45,519 nt of DNA, from the NCBI GenBank assembly GCA_002256025.1, contig NKIB01014247.1, positions 1 to 45,519 of the forward strand, written 5' to 3'. The DNA is from Asterionella formosa. Its lineage: Eukaryota. A model generated the notes under the pieces. The model made no database searches. It saw nothing but the letters and a program-made list of their open reading frames with translations, and was not told the origin of the DNA. The stretch's first letter is position 1. Each line of letters starts with the position of its first letter. This document shows, piece after piece, positions 1 to 11,747 of the stretch. A program made the translations under genes and the position numbers.

Positions 1-28
1 AAATTACTTAGAAGTACCCGAATGGCAA

Positions 29-191
29 GACGATAGCTAGAGCGGGAATTGCCGAAATGAGTTTAATGATGGGCAATATTGGACCTTTCGCAAGATTTTA
101 TGTGAAGATAGGAAATCTCCAAAATATTATTTGGTATTATGACAGTTACGCTCAATGAGTGGGCGCGACGATAACTCGAGCGGGAATTGCC
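29..191. repeat. Imperfect 25-bp direct repeat pair upstream of the first gene
   Basis: gacgatagctagagcgggaattgcc (29-53) and gacgataactcgagcgggaattgcc (167-191), 23/25 identical. Confidence 0.85.
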
Positions 192-288
192 TTAAGCAAT
201 AACGATGGTGAAATTATTTTCAGAAATTTATTAATAGACATCAATTTCAAGCAACAGTTAGTGTAAATAGCATCACATTCCTTTCATC

Positions 289-1635
289 ATGACACATGCA
301 GACCCTCTAACAATCCATTATGTAGTGGGCAATACGTATTGCAAGTTGAAAAGCCTATCGGGAGGAGAAAGAAAGCGCAAGAGTATCAATTCCTTTGAAC
401 ACGAATGGACGATCTTTGTCGACATTATGGAAGGAAGTCCTGATCTCCTTCACAGCGTCTCCTTCGTCCTTAATGAGTCATTTCAGGATCGGATTATTGT
501 CTGCAAGAGCCCATCTCGAGTCCAACTTTCAAGTGGACGTACTGTGTGGCGCTTCAGTACCGAGAAGGAGCAATCGACTTCAGACTTTCGGGCTTCCATC
601 AAGCTTACCGGGCGTGGAGGAACCGTGCGAACAACCACTCATGATCTCGTTTTGAAAGAAGGTGGCAAGCGCAATGATTTGTACGAATCATTTTGTGAAG
701 TACGCAAGTTGCAAGACCGCAAGTGGGCGAAAATGCCAAACATCGATTTCGGTATCGAACTCGAACTCTCCTGCAAAAACGGCGAATCCAAGCACGGCAT
801 TTCACGCGAGCTACTAAAGCACGCTGGTGTTCCGGTGACTTACATCAAGGAGTACTCATCTGCGAAGAAGAAAATTGAAGGATGGAAACTGGTCCACGAC
901 GGAAGCATTGAATGTAGTAGACACTATCCAGACTGCTCCAAATTCGAATTGGTCTCCCCTGTTTTGCGAGGAGGTGAGGGACTCAATGAATGCAACAACA
1001 TTGTCAGGGCTTTGAACGCATACACTGTAGTATCTGTCAACAAATCTATGGGATTTCACGTTCATATCAGTGTCAAAGGCCTGAGCGTACAGGAGCTCAG
1101 CAAAGTCTGTCAAAACTTCGTGAAGTTTGAGGACGCAATTGATTCGTTTCTACCTCCATCTCGTCGTAGCGAACTATCGAAAAACAAGTTTTGCAAGAGT
1201 AACCGTCTCGCCATCCCTGGAGGCACAAACGGGAAGCGTCATCAAGCAATTGGTTCGTGCAAAACTGTTGCCAGCCTCTGTGATGTGATGAATCCAAACG
1301 ACGATCGATATTATAAGCTCAATCTCATGAACCTGAAGACTGGTCGCCAACCAACGATTGAGTTTCGCCAGCATTCAGCGACGTGTAACTTTGACAAGGT
1401 GACGGCATGGGTCAGATTTTGCATGGCCTTGGTATACAACTCGGCTAAGCAGCCCCGTCCTCCTGCCTTCAAGACCCACATGAGTGTATCCGACCAATTT
1501 GATCAGCTTTTTGAACAAATCATTCAAGACCGCCGATGCCGTGATTATTTCATACGTCGACGCACCGAAGTAAATAGAGAAGTTGCTCGTGGGCCTTGTT
1601 GTGCAAGCTGCGGTCACGATGGATCGTGTAACTGA
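289..1635 (+). CDS. Putative amidoligase (COOH-NH2 ligase type 2 / Amidoligase_2 family) with N-terminal degenerate YEATS-like domain
   Basis: Intronless 448-aa ORF. C-terminal part has FGIELE, WKLVHDGS, ELVSP, GFHVH, RYYKLN and TIEFRQH motifs of amidoligase-2 proteins. N-terminal IHYVVGNT...HEWTIFV...VSFVLNESF...HDLVL follows the YEATS pattern. Confidence 0.75.
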   Translation: MTHADPLTIHYVVGNTYCKLKSLSGGERKRKSINSFEHEWTIFVDIMEGSPDLLHSVSFVLNESFQDRIIVCKSPSRVQLSSGRTVWRFSTEKEQSTSDFRASIKLTGRGGTVRTTTHDLVLKEGGKRNDLYESFCEVRKLQDRKWAKMPNIDFGIELELSCKNGESKHGISRELLKHAGVPVTYIKEYSSAKKKIEGWKLVHDGSIECSRHYPDCSKFELVSPVLRGGEGLNECNNIVRALNAYTVVSVNKSMGFHVHISVKGLSVQELSKVCQNFVKFEDAIDSFLPPSRRSELSKNKFCKSNRLAIPGGTNGKRHQAIGSCKTVASLCDVMNPNDDRYYKLNLMNLKTGRQPTIEFRQHSATCNFDKVTAWVRFCMALVYNSAKQPRPPAFKTHMSVSDQFDQLFEQIIQDRRCRDYFIRRRTEVNREVARGPCCASCGHDGSCN

Positions 1636-1685
1636 TTGATGAGCATTGTTTTTTTTACAAGAGATCTACATTTAGCATTTATACT

Positions 1686-2696
1686 TTATGAATCAGGAAA
1701 GTTGTTGTACAAGACCGTGCATGCACTGAGAATCCCACACAAACAATGAAGAACTTCATGGTTCCGTTTTCCTCTCATCTTGGTGAAAAGATCAGTGCCT
1801 GTATTGTTACTGAACACAATCACATCGCATGTGCTCTTCAACAATGATAAAAATAAAGAAAACTGTTCCTTCTCCGTCTTCTCAAGTAATTTTGTTGCTG
1901 CTTCTAAGCGACACGTGTCGTTTGATTCCGTCGTCCTCAGTTGTTCTTTTGCCATTCTCAAGTCCATAACTCTTTGTAACCAGTATGATTTTGCCGCAAC
2001 AAAGAGACCAGCCAAAGAACCAAAAAGATAAGTTCGATTGGCAAATGATGCAGCTCTTGTCTGCATCGCATCTCGTTTCGAGGCTCGTTCCGGTCCTGCC
2101 AGAGAAAAGTCATCAAAGACCCCAGTGGACGCGAGAAAGCTGACATTGTCTCCTGCCCAAAATCCAATCAAACCCACGATCTTGAGCGCAGAACCAAGTG
2201 TCTTCCAAAGAGGTGCAGGTGGTGGGGATTGTTCATTTTCTTTGGGAGACACAGCTTTGCTGGCACGCCGAATGTGCCACATAATGAGAGCGAAAGCGCT
2301 CATCTTCCTTAGTTTCTCGATCTCTGTCAAACTTCTCCCCAGCCGAAATGCCTTCCGACTGAGAGTCAAGTTGGACTGGAGCGCGTTGAAGCGCTGAGCT
2401 TCCGTGGTGCATCCAAGTCGGGCGAACCAGAACACCAAGAGGCGAGATGCATACTGAAATATCTTGGTAATGTTATCTCGCCCGTCCAACGTCATCGATA
2501 GTGCAGCCCAGGGTTGGAGCATGTATGGACTAGCTTTATTTTTCAATCCCGATGACAGTGACACCAGCGGCAATCTAAGGGAAGGAAGTGTTGTCGATTC
2601 TAACGTTTCTTGTTTGCCATCATGATGTTCATTACCGGCAATATCGGTGTGCGTTTCTCCCGTCTTTGCTTTTATTTGTAAATCTGAAGGAGACAT
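1686..2696 (-). CDS. PEX11: Peroxisomal biogenesis factor 11 family protein
   Basis: 336-aa ORF with TLDGRDNITKIFQY and LSRKAFRLGR motifs, and C-terminal SLLKSTCD...GILSA typical of Pex11. Confidence 0.85.
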   Translation of the reverse strand: MSPSDLQIKAKTGETHTDIAGNEHHDGKQETLESTTLPSLRLPLVSLSSGLKNKASPYMLQPWAALSMTLDGRDNITKIFQYASRLLVFWFARLGCTTEAQRFNALQSNLTLSRKAFRLGRSLTEIEKLRKMSAFALIMWHIRRASKAVSPKENEQSPPPAPLWKTLGSALKIVGLIGFWAGDNVSFLASTGVFDDFSLAGPERASKRDAMQTRAASFANRTYLFGSLAGLFVAAKSYWLQRVMDLRMAKEQLRTTESNDTCRLEAATKLLEKTEKEQFSLFLSLLKSTCDVIVFSNNTGTDLFTKMRGKRNHEVLHCLCGILSACTVLYNNFPDS

Positions 2697-3610
2697 GACA
2701 TGCAGAGAAGCATGTGATAATCAAAATGTACTATTACTGCTTTCAGCGAAACGATGAAGTGGTTTTTGCAATCGACACGAGGCAGAGGATGACAGAATTT
2801 CAGTGAGCCGCCAAATGAAGTCGGTTCTTTTGCGAGGATATACCGGTATGTGCCAGTATTTTAATTTTCATATCGAAATATAAAATTTTGACCCGTATGA
2901 TTTGTAATAAAATCATTCATACCGCAATAGAAGGTAGAGCTACCTGGTACCTGGTACCGTGTAAACGTATTAACTCCTTACATTTTCTGTGTGCACCTCG
3001 TCGTTATCACCGAAATAGCGCGTGAATGAGGAGGTGGGAACAGGGGTCGATGACGCGCAAATATGTTGGGAAGGGGTGTCAATGACGCACAAATATGATG
3101 TGAGGATGTAAACGACTGTTGATTTGCCATTCCATTCTTTAATCAACATGTACTACCGGTATGTGGAGTGTATAAACAAAAAAACAGCTCCCCGGCTCTT
3201 GCTGGTATTTATCCCAGAAATAGGAGAACTACCGGTATCTTTAGCTTGCTTTGCAGTGCTTAATTTAACAACAGTTTCCTGATCATTATGTTGTGTGCAA
3301 ATTTTTTTTGTCGACCAAAATTGATACATGAATTTCAATTATTTTTCATTTTGATCAAATCGATTTTGTCGAAATATGCACAGGCATAAATCATGCAAAG
3401 TAATCGTCGTTGTAGATACAGGACGCTATATAGACTATCACAGCATCAAAAGTAATGGATCTTATTATTTACACCTGACTTAAGATCGACAGTGCAAGTG
3501 CAAATCAGGAGCCGAACATGCATACTTTGTATCCATCGACGAAACCATACATAACAGACCAAAGTTTATCTCTGGCTTTGCTTTGTGCAAATGGAAATAC
3601 AATGAATTTG

Positions 3611-4871
3611 CTAACTGCCACTGGTTCCAGTGATCATATGTCCACTCGTAAAGTAATGGTGATTTGAATCAGATACCGGCGCCACATAGGCAGGGTTGGT
3701 GTGATGTTGTTTGTGGTTGTATCCGTTATGTGGTTTCTCCACAGCCGGAATCGTTTCGTTCACCGCATGATGGTGATGGACAAGCGTTGTTCCGTAGGCA
3801 TAACTAACATTGTCAAACACCACGAATTGCTCGACATGATTTGGCAGGTGAGCCGGGGGAGGCCCTACCGTCACTCCATTATAATTAACTTGCGGTGAAC
3901 ACCTCCAATGCTGAGAAACAGGATGGGAGGCACCTGATGGTTGCATGTAAGAGCGTGTTGAAGTTGAAGCCAAATGAGCCGTTTCTAAGCTTGCTTGCAT
4001 GGCAGCTGCGAGCCCTCCAGAATTTCCCGGAGCCATCATATCAGTTCCATTCGGATGAACCCTTGCAGCCATTGCTGACGAATCCGGTGGTGACGGCGTG
4101 ATATACTGCCTTTCATTGCCGTGTATGTAATGGCTGTGTGTTTGAGAAACACTTTGAAGGGAGTTCACGCTTTCCGTATCAGCCATATACACAGTTTGAT
4201 GATGTATCATAGCTCCGTGGTTAGGAGACGCCACTTGTCGAATGACTGGAGCAACAGGCATAGGTGTGTATTCATGCTTCGTTTGAACACTTGGACCGTT
4301 TGCTTGGGATACAAGCTGTTCACGATACTTGTGAAAGAGGTCGGAAGTTACATGCAAACTGAAATTAATTCGAAAAAGGAAGTCAACTTCAAGCCCATTC
4401 ATTTCCGATACAAGCACTCCACCAACTTTGGCATAATAAGCATTGTTATAGTAGGCATCATCAAAAAATTTCGCGGCCAAAAGTATAGCGGTGATGACAA
4501 CTCGGTGCACATTCAGCTCAGTAAGAAGGAAATTGTTCCGTTGAATGAGGCGATCGATATAAATTAAAGCCAAAACAAAACATTCATTGGAACACGACCC
4601 ATACTTGTGGATACTGACGAGAAGAGACATAAATCAATGAGTTGAACTTTCTGACCAGGAACAAGAATCCAACAATAAGCAAGAAGCAAACATACCGTTC
4701 AAGGTATTGCAATATTCCGATCCCTGGGGCTTTCAAGGCATGAAATTTCGTGACTTGGCCAGGATCAGAAAGTGCTACGAGAGCATTAGCACCGACTAAA
4801 CGATCGAGAACCGCCGCAAGTACTCGGACCAATGCAGCACCCTCCGCAGTTTGTTCTGGTGTGGCGTCCAT
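3611..4871 (-). CDS. PHO80-like (P/U-type) cyclin, 2 exons (4871-4696, 4613-3611)
   Basis: Removing GT-AG intron 4695-4614 gives [41 protein letters not shown]...[32 protein letters not shown]...EMNGLE. Long low-complexity His/Pro/Ser C-terminal tail. Confidence 0.92.
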
Positions 4872-5008
4872 ATCCGCTCAATTATCAACAAATTCGATAA
4901 ACAATAAATATAATGGGCTTGCCGATGTGGCAGGCAGTTTCAATTGCAATTCATACTCGTCTTGCTTCTTCAGTTCCTTGTAGTGTTCGCTTGGTTGGTT
5001 GTGAGGTT

Positions 5009-5656
5009 GATTCTCTCACTTCTCGTAGGTCTTACTGGCAAAGATGACGTCTAGCGTTCTGAAGGGCAATATGAGGCGAGGCAAAGATGAGTCAAGTGCA
5101 AAATTCGCCTTCGTGGGGAAATCAAAGCGAGAGAACGACTCAGAATGATGAGACCGCGGCCAAGGATCATAAAACAGAATGGCCACAGGAAAAGGGACGA
5201 TCCTCACTTTGTCGGTGACATTGGCCACAGGTCGTCAAGATGAATGAATCCTTTCGTGCCAACAGGATTCTGAAATTCTGATGATGACATTACATCTGAT
5301 CGGCTACAGGACTGGCATCTTCCGATGACGTGGGAGATCGATAAATCTGCATTCGAAAGGAATCAAAGATATGCGAGCCCGTTGATTCCGAACGCCAAGT
5401 AGGAACTCGTATAAGAGCGCTGATAACAGGAATCAGACAGCTTGAATTGGAATCGGAAGACAACTAATTGGCTACGTCATTCATGGGAAATTCCGTTTGG
5501 TCTTGCAACAGCGAAGAATCTTGAAGTCTGACATTCGCTCGTCCTGTCCTTTGTTGTTTCAGCAGCTAATGGCGTTTCGATCACCATTTTCATCGGGAAC
5601 ACAACAAAGGAAAGGTCACAGCATCGTGCGATAAGTCGGAAAACTTACTCTGATTC
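5009..5656. promoter_or_regulatory. Candidate cis-regulatory cluster upstream of the cyclin (GAATC/GATTC and TGACGT motifs)
   Basis: Nine GAATC/GATTC pentamers counted by eye in about 650 bp, and three TGACGT hexamers (5045, 5326, 5474 reverse). Confidence 0.35.
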
Positions 5657-6749
5657 GTTGGAAAATAAAAGAGCTTTTAAAGGAGGAAATAGGAATGGAT
5701 AATTCTTGTGCCGTCTTCTGTTTTTGGGATCTGTGTGGTTGAGGGCAGTGGTGGGACGAATTTTAGTGCTGGTATGTACCGGTATTTACTTGGAAGGAGC
5801 GTACGACCAGATACATGAAAGAAGTCATCACACCAGCCGCACCAAAAATGCATTGTTTTTACGAATGCAATTCACACCGATAACATGCATACCGGTACTG
5901 CTCTCATTACATACATCGATACTACATACTGTAGGGCTAGATAGCTATTTGGACCACCACGAAATGGTGTACCTGGTACCTGGTACCTGGTAACATGTAA
6001 CCGATACCTGTGGAGTGGAGTCAACTAGAATTCTGACACGTGGTGTACTGCCGTAGTAAGGATCTACTCACCGAAATCCTGGTACCAGGTATACTTACTA
6101 CTAAAATGATAATACGTTCCCCCCTGAAAAATGTCAGTCAGCAAATGGGCGATAAAGATTATTCCTGTTATGTAGGAGCTCGTAGCTCAAACGATCACAC
6201 TCTTGTCAGGAACAATGTGGAAACAGATGTATATAGGGTTAGGGTTATATCATATATATCAGAACTCAATAATGAGTGACCTTGATCAACCCTTATTGTA
6301 TACTTTGGTGTCGACTCACAGAAAGAGTTGCCCACAAGGATTAACTAATAAGCTCATATATTCAACGAATACTACTACTTCTAGTTAGATACTTCACTTT
6401 GAATTCAAAAAGAGTTAAATTAGCTAGAATTAATAATCATGTTGATGTACTGTCCTCTCAAGTTCCAGTGATCTCATTGATGAAGGATGACAACACACTA
6501 ACCATCATGATTCAGACCTCTTTATGTATCCCTACCAGGTTGATGTTTGGAGTCTTTCAACAAAGATAAGATCAATGAAAACTCAGTGGAAGCTTGTTGA
6601 TTGATTTCAGTAAATTCTCTCATACTATGATGGCTAACACATGTACCTTCCTCAGTCCAACAGATTCCTTACTTGTTCTCCTACTGCCACAAAAGATGAT
6701 TCACAGATATAGTCTTTTCTGACTGGATGAGCAAGACAGTCTCAACAAC

Positions 6750-7142
6750 AAGGTCATGATGATGTGGCTGGAGGATTACCTTTGTCATGATATCCCTGAG
6801 AGTCAGTATCAGCCAGGCGAGTGGATGCCATGATAAGACTCAATAAAACATTTCAACATGCTGATGATCGACTTCGCTGCCTATGTCAAGACATTAAATA
6901 AGCTCCTCAAACTTATGATGCCTCATCCAGAAAATCAGGAAGTCTGGGCCAAGGACGATTTGAGGTTAATTGTCATTTACTTTTTACCTGATGTGTGGCA
7001 GCAAGAGTTTGAACGGAAAAATGAAAAGAACACAAAACAAATGATTCACTTGGTTTTGACTTGTTACTTTGAGAGTCAACAATCATTCAAAGATAATCTC
7101 AAGCAAATCCTCAAGCATGATTTCTACTATAGCACAACATAA
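6750..7142 (+). pseudogene. Possible decayed LTR-retrotransposon (Ty3/gypsy-like) gag fragment
   Basis: Broken frame reading ...QPGEWM*...NMLMIDFAAYVKTLNKLLKLMMP...DDLRLIVIYFLPDVWQQEF resembles the M-x-x-x-x-F...LN-x-x-L-x-x-x-P...P-x-x-WQ pattern of stramenopile gag proteins. Lies in an AT-rich, gene-free tract. Confidence 0.45.
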
Positions 7143-7235
7143 GGCAATCGTGTTAAGTCAAGAGAATGCGCGTGCCTGGTGTCAATTTTCTAATAAAAAC
7201 AATTGTCTATAAATAGTTGAAATTGAAGACAATCC

Positions 7236-7332
7236 TGTGATGCATCAAGAAAACAAGCGTGACTAGTGTAAATTTAACACAAGATCGTCTTCGCGTTGCT
7301 GAATGCAGTCGTGTGATGCATCAAGAAAACAA
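7236..7332. repeat. Exact 21-bp direct repeat
   Basis: tgtgatgcatcaagaaaacaa at 7236-7256 and 7312-7332. Confidence 0.9.
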
Positions 7333-9403
7333 CCATTTCAAACGTCAATTTTTACATGACAATTTTTTACCAAGTGGTAATGGCAGGGCGCATGCATTTT
7401 TATGCAGCCGGCCACGCATGGGATAGTGAAACAACGGTCAAACATAAGGCCCATCGAGTTAACATTACTAAAACAATACTAACTTTGTTCCTGTTCCTCT
7501 GGCGTGGAAATTCTATGCGGAGCAGCGCATTATCATACTGACATGACAGAAAACTCTGTTCATGTTTTTCTTCTGTGCAAGTTTTATACAAATCCATGGT
7601 TTAACCCTACGATGATTTCTGGTTTTGGTACTATGCCGAGGGCCATACCTGCCAACTTTTATGAATCTGCCCAGGAAATTTCAGTGGTCATGAACCCTCC
7701 TGCTGTTGGTCAGCAGCTAGTCGCCTTTGTGCCTAAAAACCATCAGAATGCTGAACAAATCACCTAAACAGAAGTATGTGCGACAATAGCAATTATGATT
7801 TATATTATTATTGTTATTATCATATAAATATATAATATACTACATATATTTATGACGGTATATTGAATATGTCTTACGTCAATATTGAATGTCTTATGTC
7901 AGTCATTATCTGGATAAATTTTGTTATCATCTGGATAAATTTTGTTATTAACAGGATGATTACAGGCTGGATATCACCGCTATTGTAATGCGGAATATTT
8001 TAAAATGAAAAGGTAGATTCATCCCTTATACACATCTCAAGTCCTGATTCCGGTCTCATTCCTTTCTTTGCCTAAAAATGCATAGTAAGCTTCATTGCAT
8101 TTCATTCCATTTAATACATCAATCTGACTGATTTTTTGTTTTGAATTATATTAACCTTTAATCAATTTAGCCTAAGCAAGAATTGAGACCAATCTGTTTT
8201 GCTTATTCTGCCATTTGCTTCCATATATTCTGATTAAAGTTTTACTCTTTTGATTAAAATTGGCTTGCTTAAAGTTGTTTTGCTTAATGTGTGACAGTAT
8301 TATTTCGATCTAGCTGCCATCACACCCACCTACTTACATAATTCATACAGTAGCTAATGATATACTACATACGGGTAGTCAACATAGGTAAAAAGGTGAG
8401 AAGTAAAAAATGTATTGCCAACAAATATATCATATGAATAAACCTTTTGCTGGATTCATGTATGCTATTCCAGCAGGGTGCCCGAGGTTGCCCACAAAAG
8501 CGCTAGATGAAATTGTTTAGCTGAAATAATGCGATTCTTTGCTTTGTTTAGTATAGAAAACATTAGAGTGTAGTAGCAGCAGGCTTTCTTGCAAGCAGCT
8601 GGAGAATCCTTCATCATGTCATCTCAGCATTGACCATGATAAAAACAGCAAATATCTCATCGAAAATTGCAAGCAACGCTTTTCTATATGATACATACTA
8701 TATCAATCAGGACATCATACTATGCAGAAAAAATCATAAAAGATGACACTTGTAACACTAAGAAAATTGAAGTCGCCGATGGCAATTTTTGAATCAATAT
8801 AAGTGTTGCGAAATATTTCAAATGACGAAGTTAGTACGAGTACTAGCGTTGACTCTTTCATAAAGTGCATTATTTAAAAAGATGTTTAGGCATGAATGAC
8901 TATATAGAATTTCCCGGAATATTTCAAGACTTTCTTGCTCATTCTCAAAATGGCTTGCTCTTGCCTAAATATGTATGCATATACATATGCATATCGTTAC
9001 ATATCAATCAACCTCCTCAATACATCAATCGTCATCGCTTTTAGATTTCGACCATGTGCAGCAGCAGCAACTGCAGCAACAGAACGTGATGATGAGGTCA
9101 ATCATGGCATCATTGTTGAATCGTGGGGTATCTCAAACAACCAACTCCACTGACAGTGCTGATCACATTCAGGCAATGATGAATTCAATAAATGCAGCAA
9201 GCACTAATACAAAGCCAAAATCTGACCTCAACAGCAGGTGCCAATGCACAACAAACTTTGTCTGCCTCGGCAACTCAATGTCGAACACCAAAAAACAACA
9301 GTGGTAGTAGTAGTAGTGATGATGAATAACCTTAAATTAATTCATTCTAATATAATATGAAAGAAGTGGTGCTAAATAATCATTAATGAATAATTTCTTT
9401 GAA

Positions 9404-10575
9404 TTAGTACATGGCATATCTATTTGCATTCCTGTGCAAATAGGGCATATACACTGAAGCAATTTGGTTCTGACCAACTTTGCTAGCACGAAAGATGTAG
9501 AGAAATACAATCATTTGGAGAATTAATGATCTCTCACCTTTTCCTTCATAACGAAATTTGTCTTTGATTCTCGGAAATGATCCCTGAAGGCATCGCATTC
9601 CCCATTCCGACAGCTGTCGGATTGAGGTGGCTTGGCGGTTCATACCAAATCTTTGTTGAGGATTACCATCTGCATCAACATTATCTTGATGCGATTTCAA
9701 CATTGCATTTGATTTCTTAGATGCAAATGCTGAATCCACAACTACTTTTTTACCTGTATCCCTGTAAAATGTTTCAATCTGATCATAGATCGATGACCAA
9801 ATTGCCATGGTGGAGTCATGTAGAACACCAGGTGCATTGAAATATGAGCAGCGAATTTTGCCATCAGGCGAAAAAGAAACAAGTTTGTCACATAGTGTTC
9901 ATGATTCCATCCATTGTAGAAGTCGTTGTTCTGCTGTGTTTCATTTCCAGCCCGTTGCAGGGGCAGTTTCAGACCATCCATTGCTCCCCAACAATTTGTT
10001 ATAAGTGGGTATTTCTGATTTATCATGGTTGCAAACAAGGTGGCTTCGTCTGCAGTATGCAGTCTCTCAACGGCATCTTCATGTGTTAGCAGTACTTTTA
10101 CAATCATTTGCCTTGAAAAACTCAACCAAACACTCAAAGAACCATGAGTTAATCCGAAAATAATCTGAAGAATTATATAGGAACCACGATTCCTGGTGGT
10201 CCATCATGCTAAACCAAGCGCTAGACAACTGATGGAACAGAGTTATCTTTGCCGACCTTTCTTGGTTGTTGAATTTCTAACAATGAAATCCGTATTTTTC
10301 CTAGAGGGACAAGTAAAGGAATAATACAAGGTTTGAACTGCTGGTGTAGGAGCTCGAAAGAAGCATGGTCAAACCCACACAAGGTAATCAGAGCATCATC
10401 TTGCTTGCTGTTGTACAAAGCCCAGAATGGAGTCGATAATGGATGCTGTAGTGCGTGGTGACGGATTTCGCCACTTCTTCTTCTGACCTCATCAACAGTC
10501 AAACTTTTCCTGAACTATGATGGCGTCTTATTTACTGGTGGATAGCACATTGCTAACAGTATTAATGTGATCATA
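9404..10575 (-). mobile_element. PIF/Harbinger (DDE_Tnp_4-type) transposase pseudogene with stops and frameshifts
   Basis: Consecutive fragments: DDALITLCGFDHASF, LGLA*WT..RGS..LQIIFGLT, CWGAMDGLKLPLQ...FYNGW..HYVTNLFLF, VVVDSAF, ATSIRQLSEWGMRCLQGSFPR, VGQNQIASVY. The D-D-E motifs are present but split over three frames. Confidence 0.85.
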
Positions 10576-11747
10576 ATGTCATCATCATCAGGAGATGAGA
10601 TGAAAGTCGACATGTTCAGTGACCAGCGATGATGAATTTGTAGAACTCATGCAGCATATAATGAACAAGAGGTGGCATGGCACACAAGAGGATGCATCGA
10701 TATGAAAATTTAACTGTTGAAAATTAAAGTTAAAAATATATCTAATGTCAGAGAAGTAATCTAAAATATCTCTATTATCAGAGCGCAAGGACGATATTAT
10801 GTAGCAGATCCCCAGAATAATTTGTGTTGTAATACACACATGCTGCCATGCTGATATAATAATTGTTTTATTATCAGAGCGCGCCCACTCCTGAGTCTTT
10901 GCATCATGTAAAACTTTTTACTTCTTCCCATGGGCGGTTGCCTCCTTACGTAGAACCTACCTGTTATTTTACTAGCACTTCTACCTATCATGGGTAGCTT
11001 GCTTTCTTGCCAGTTTTCGCTATTACTTGACCTTTCTCTCCTGTCAATTCTCACTGCTGTTTCTCAAATATAATAAGATTACACTACAACTTACTAGTTT
11101 CAATCCAATTCATCACACATTGAGAATCTGTTCTTTGTGTCCCCTTCTCATCAACAGAAACCTTTTTCTGATTGATCTGAAACTTCAGTCTCATTTGCAA
11201 TCTTGTTCTTCATTTGGAAAGCATCATCTGATTAATTGGACTTTTGTCGAGTCCATGTTCCTTGTGACTCGTTATTGCAGCCATTGATTCTAGAGGCATA
11301 CCAGTATTGTTGTGTCATTCATAGCAGCATTATGTATTACCAGTTATGCATAGAGGCTGTCACGTACGAAATGGACCATCGTCATCACGCACAGTGCGTA
11401 CCAGGTGCAAGGTACCTGGTACCATTGTGATGGTTCATACATAACATGTACGGTACGGGGTGCGTACCTGCCTTGCAAAATAATGCCATCAAAAATCGGC
11501 AACCATCATCCCAAATACAACCAACTTGATGTTCATCAACAAACATTCTTCGTGCCAGATTACCAGGTGCCACCAAGTCTCAGAGTAGCGATACAGTCAG
11601 TCTTATTACTGTTGATAAATCCATAAGTCATCTTGTCGCATCAGCTCAAAGGTGCATTCTCCTCTAAAGGAAAAGTGCCAGAAAACTCGATCAGAAGTAG
11701 TTGAGTGATTTTTATCCCTCAAGGATTCACCGCAACTCTTCCACAGA

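Noticed and set aside
5141..5280. Possible C/D snoRNA (ATGATGA at 5145, CTGA at 5270, cagaa/ttctg ends)
   Set aside because: Terminal stem geometry is off, I recognised no rRNA-complementary guide, and the motifs are short enough to be chance.
6234..6246. Telomere-like tagggttagggtt
   Set aside because: Only about two units, which is expected by chance.
6204..6320. Possible LTR and primer-binding site (tg... tggtgtcgactc) upstream of the gag-like remnant
   Set aside because: No CA end next to the putative PBS, no second LTR, and the tRNA match cannot be verified.
7236..7332. CRISPR-like repeat-spacer-repeat
   Set aside because: Only two copies, eukaryotic context and no cas genes.
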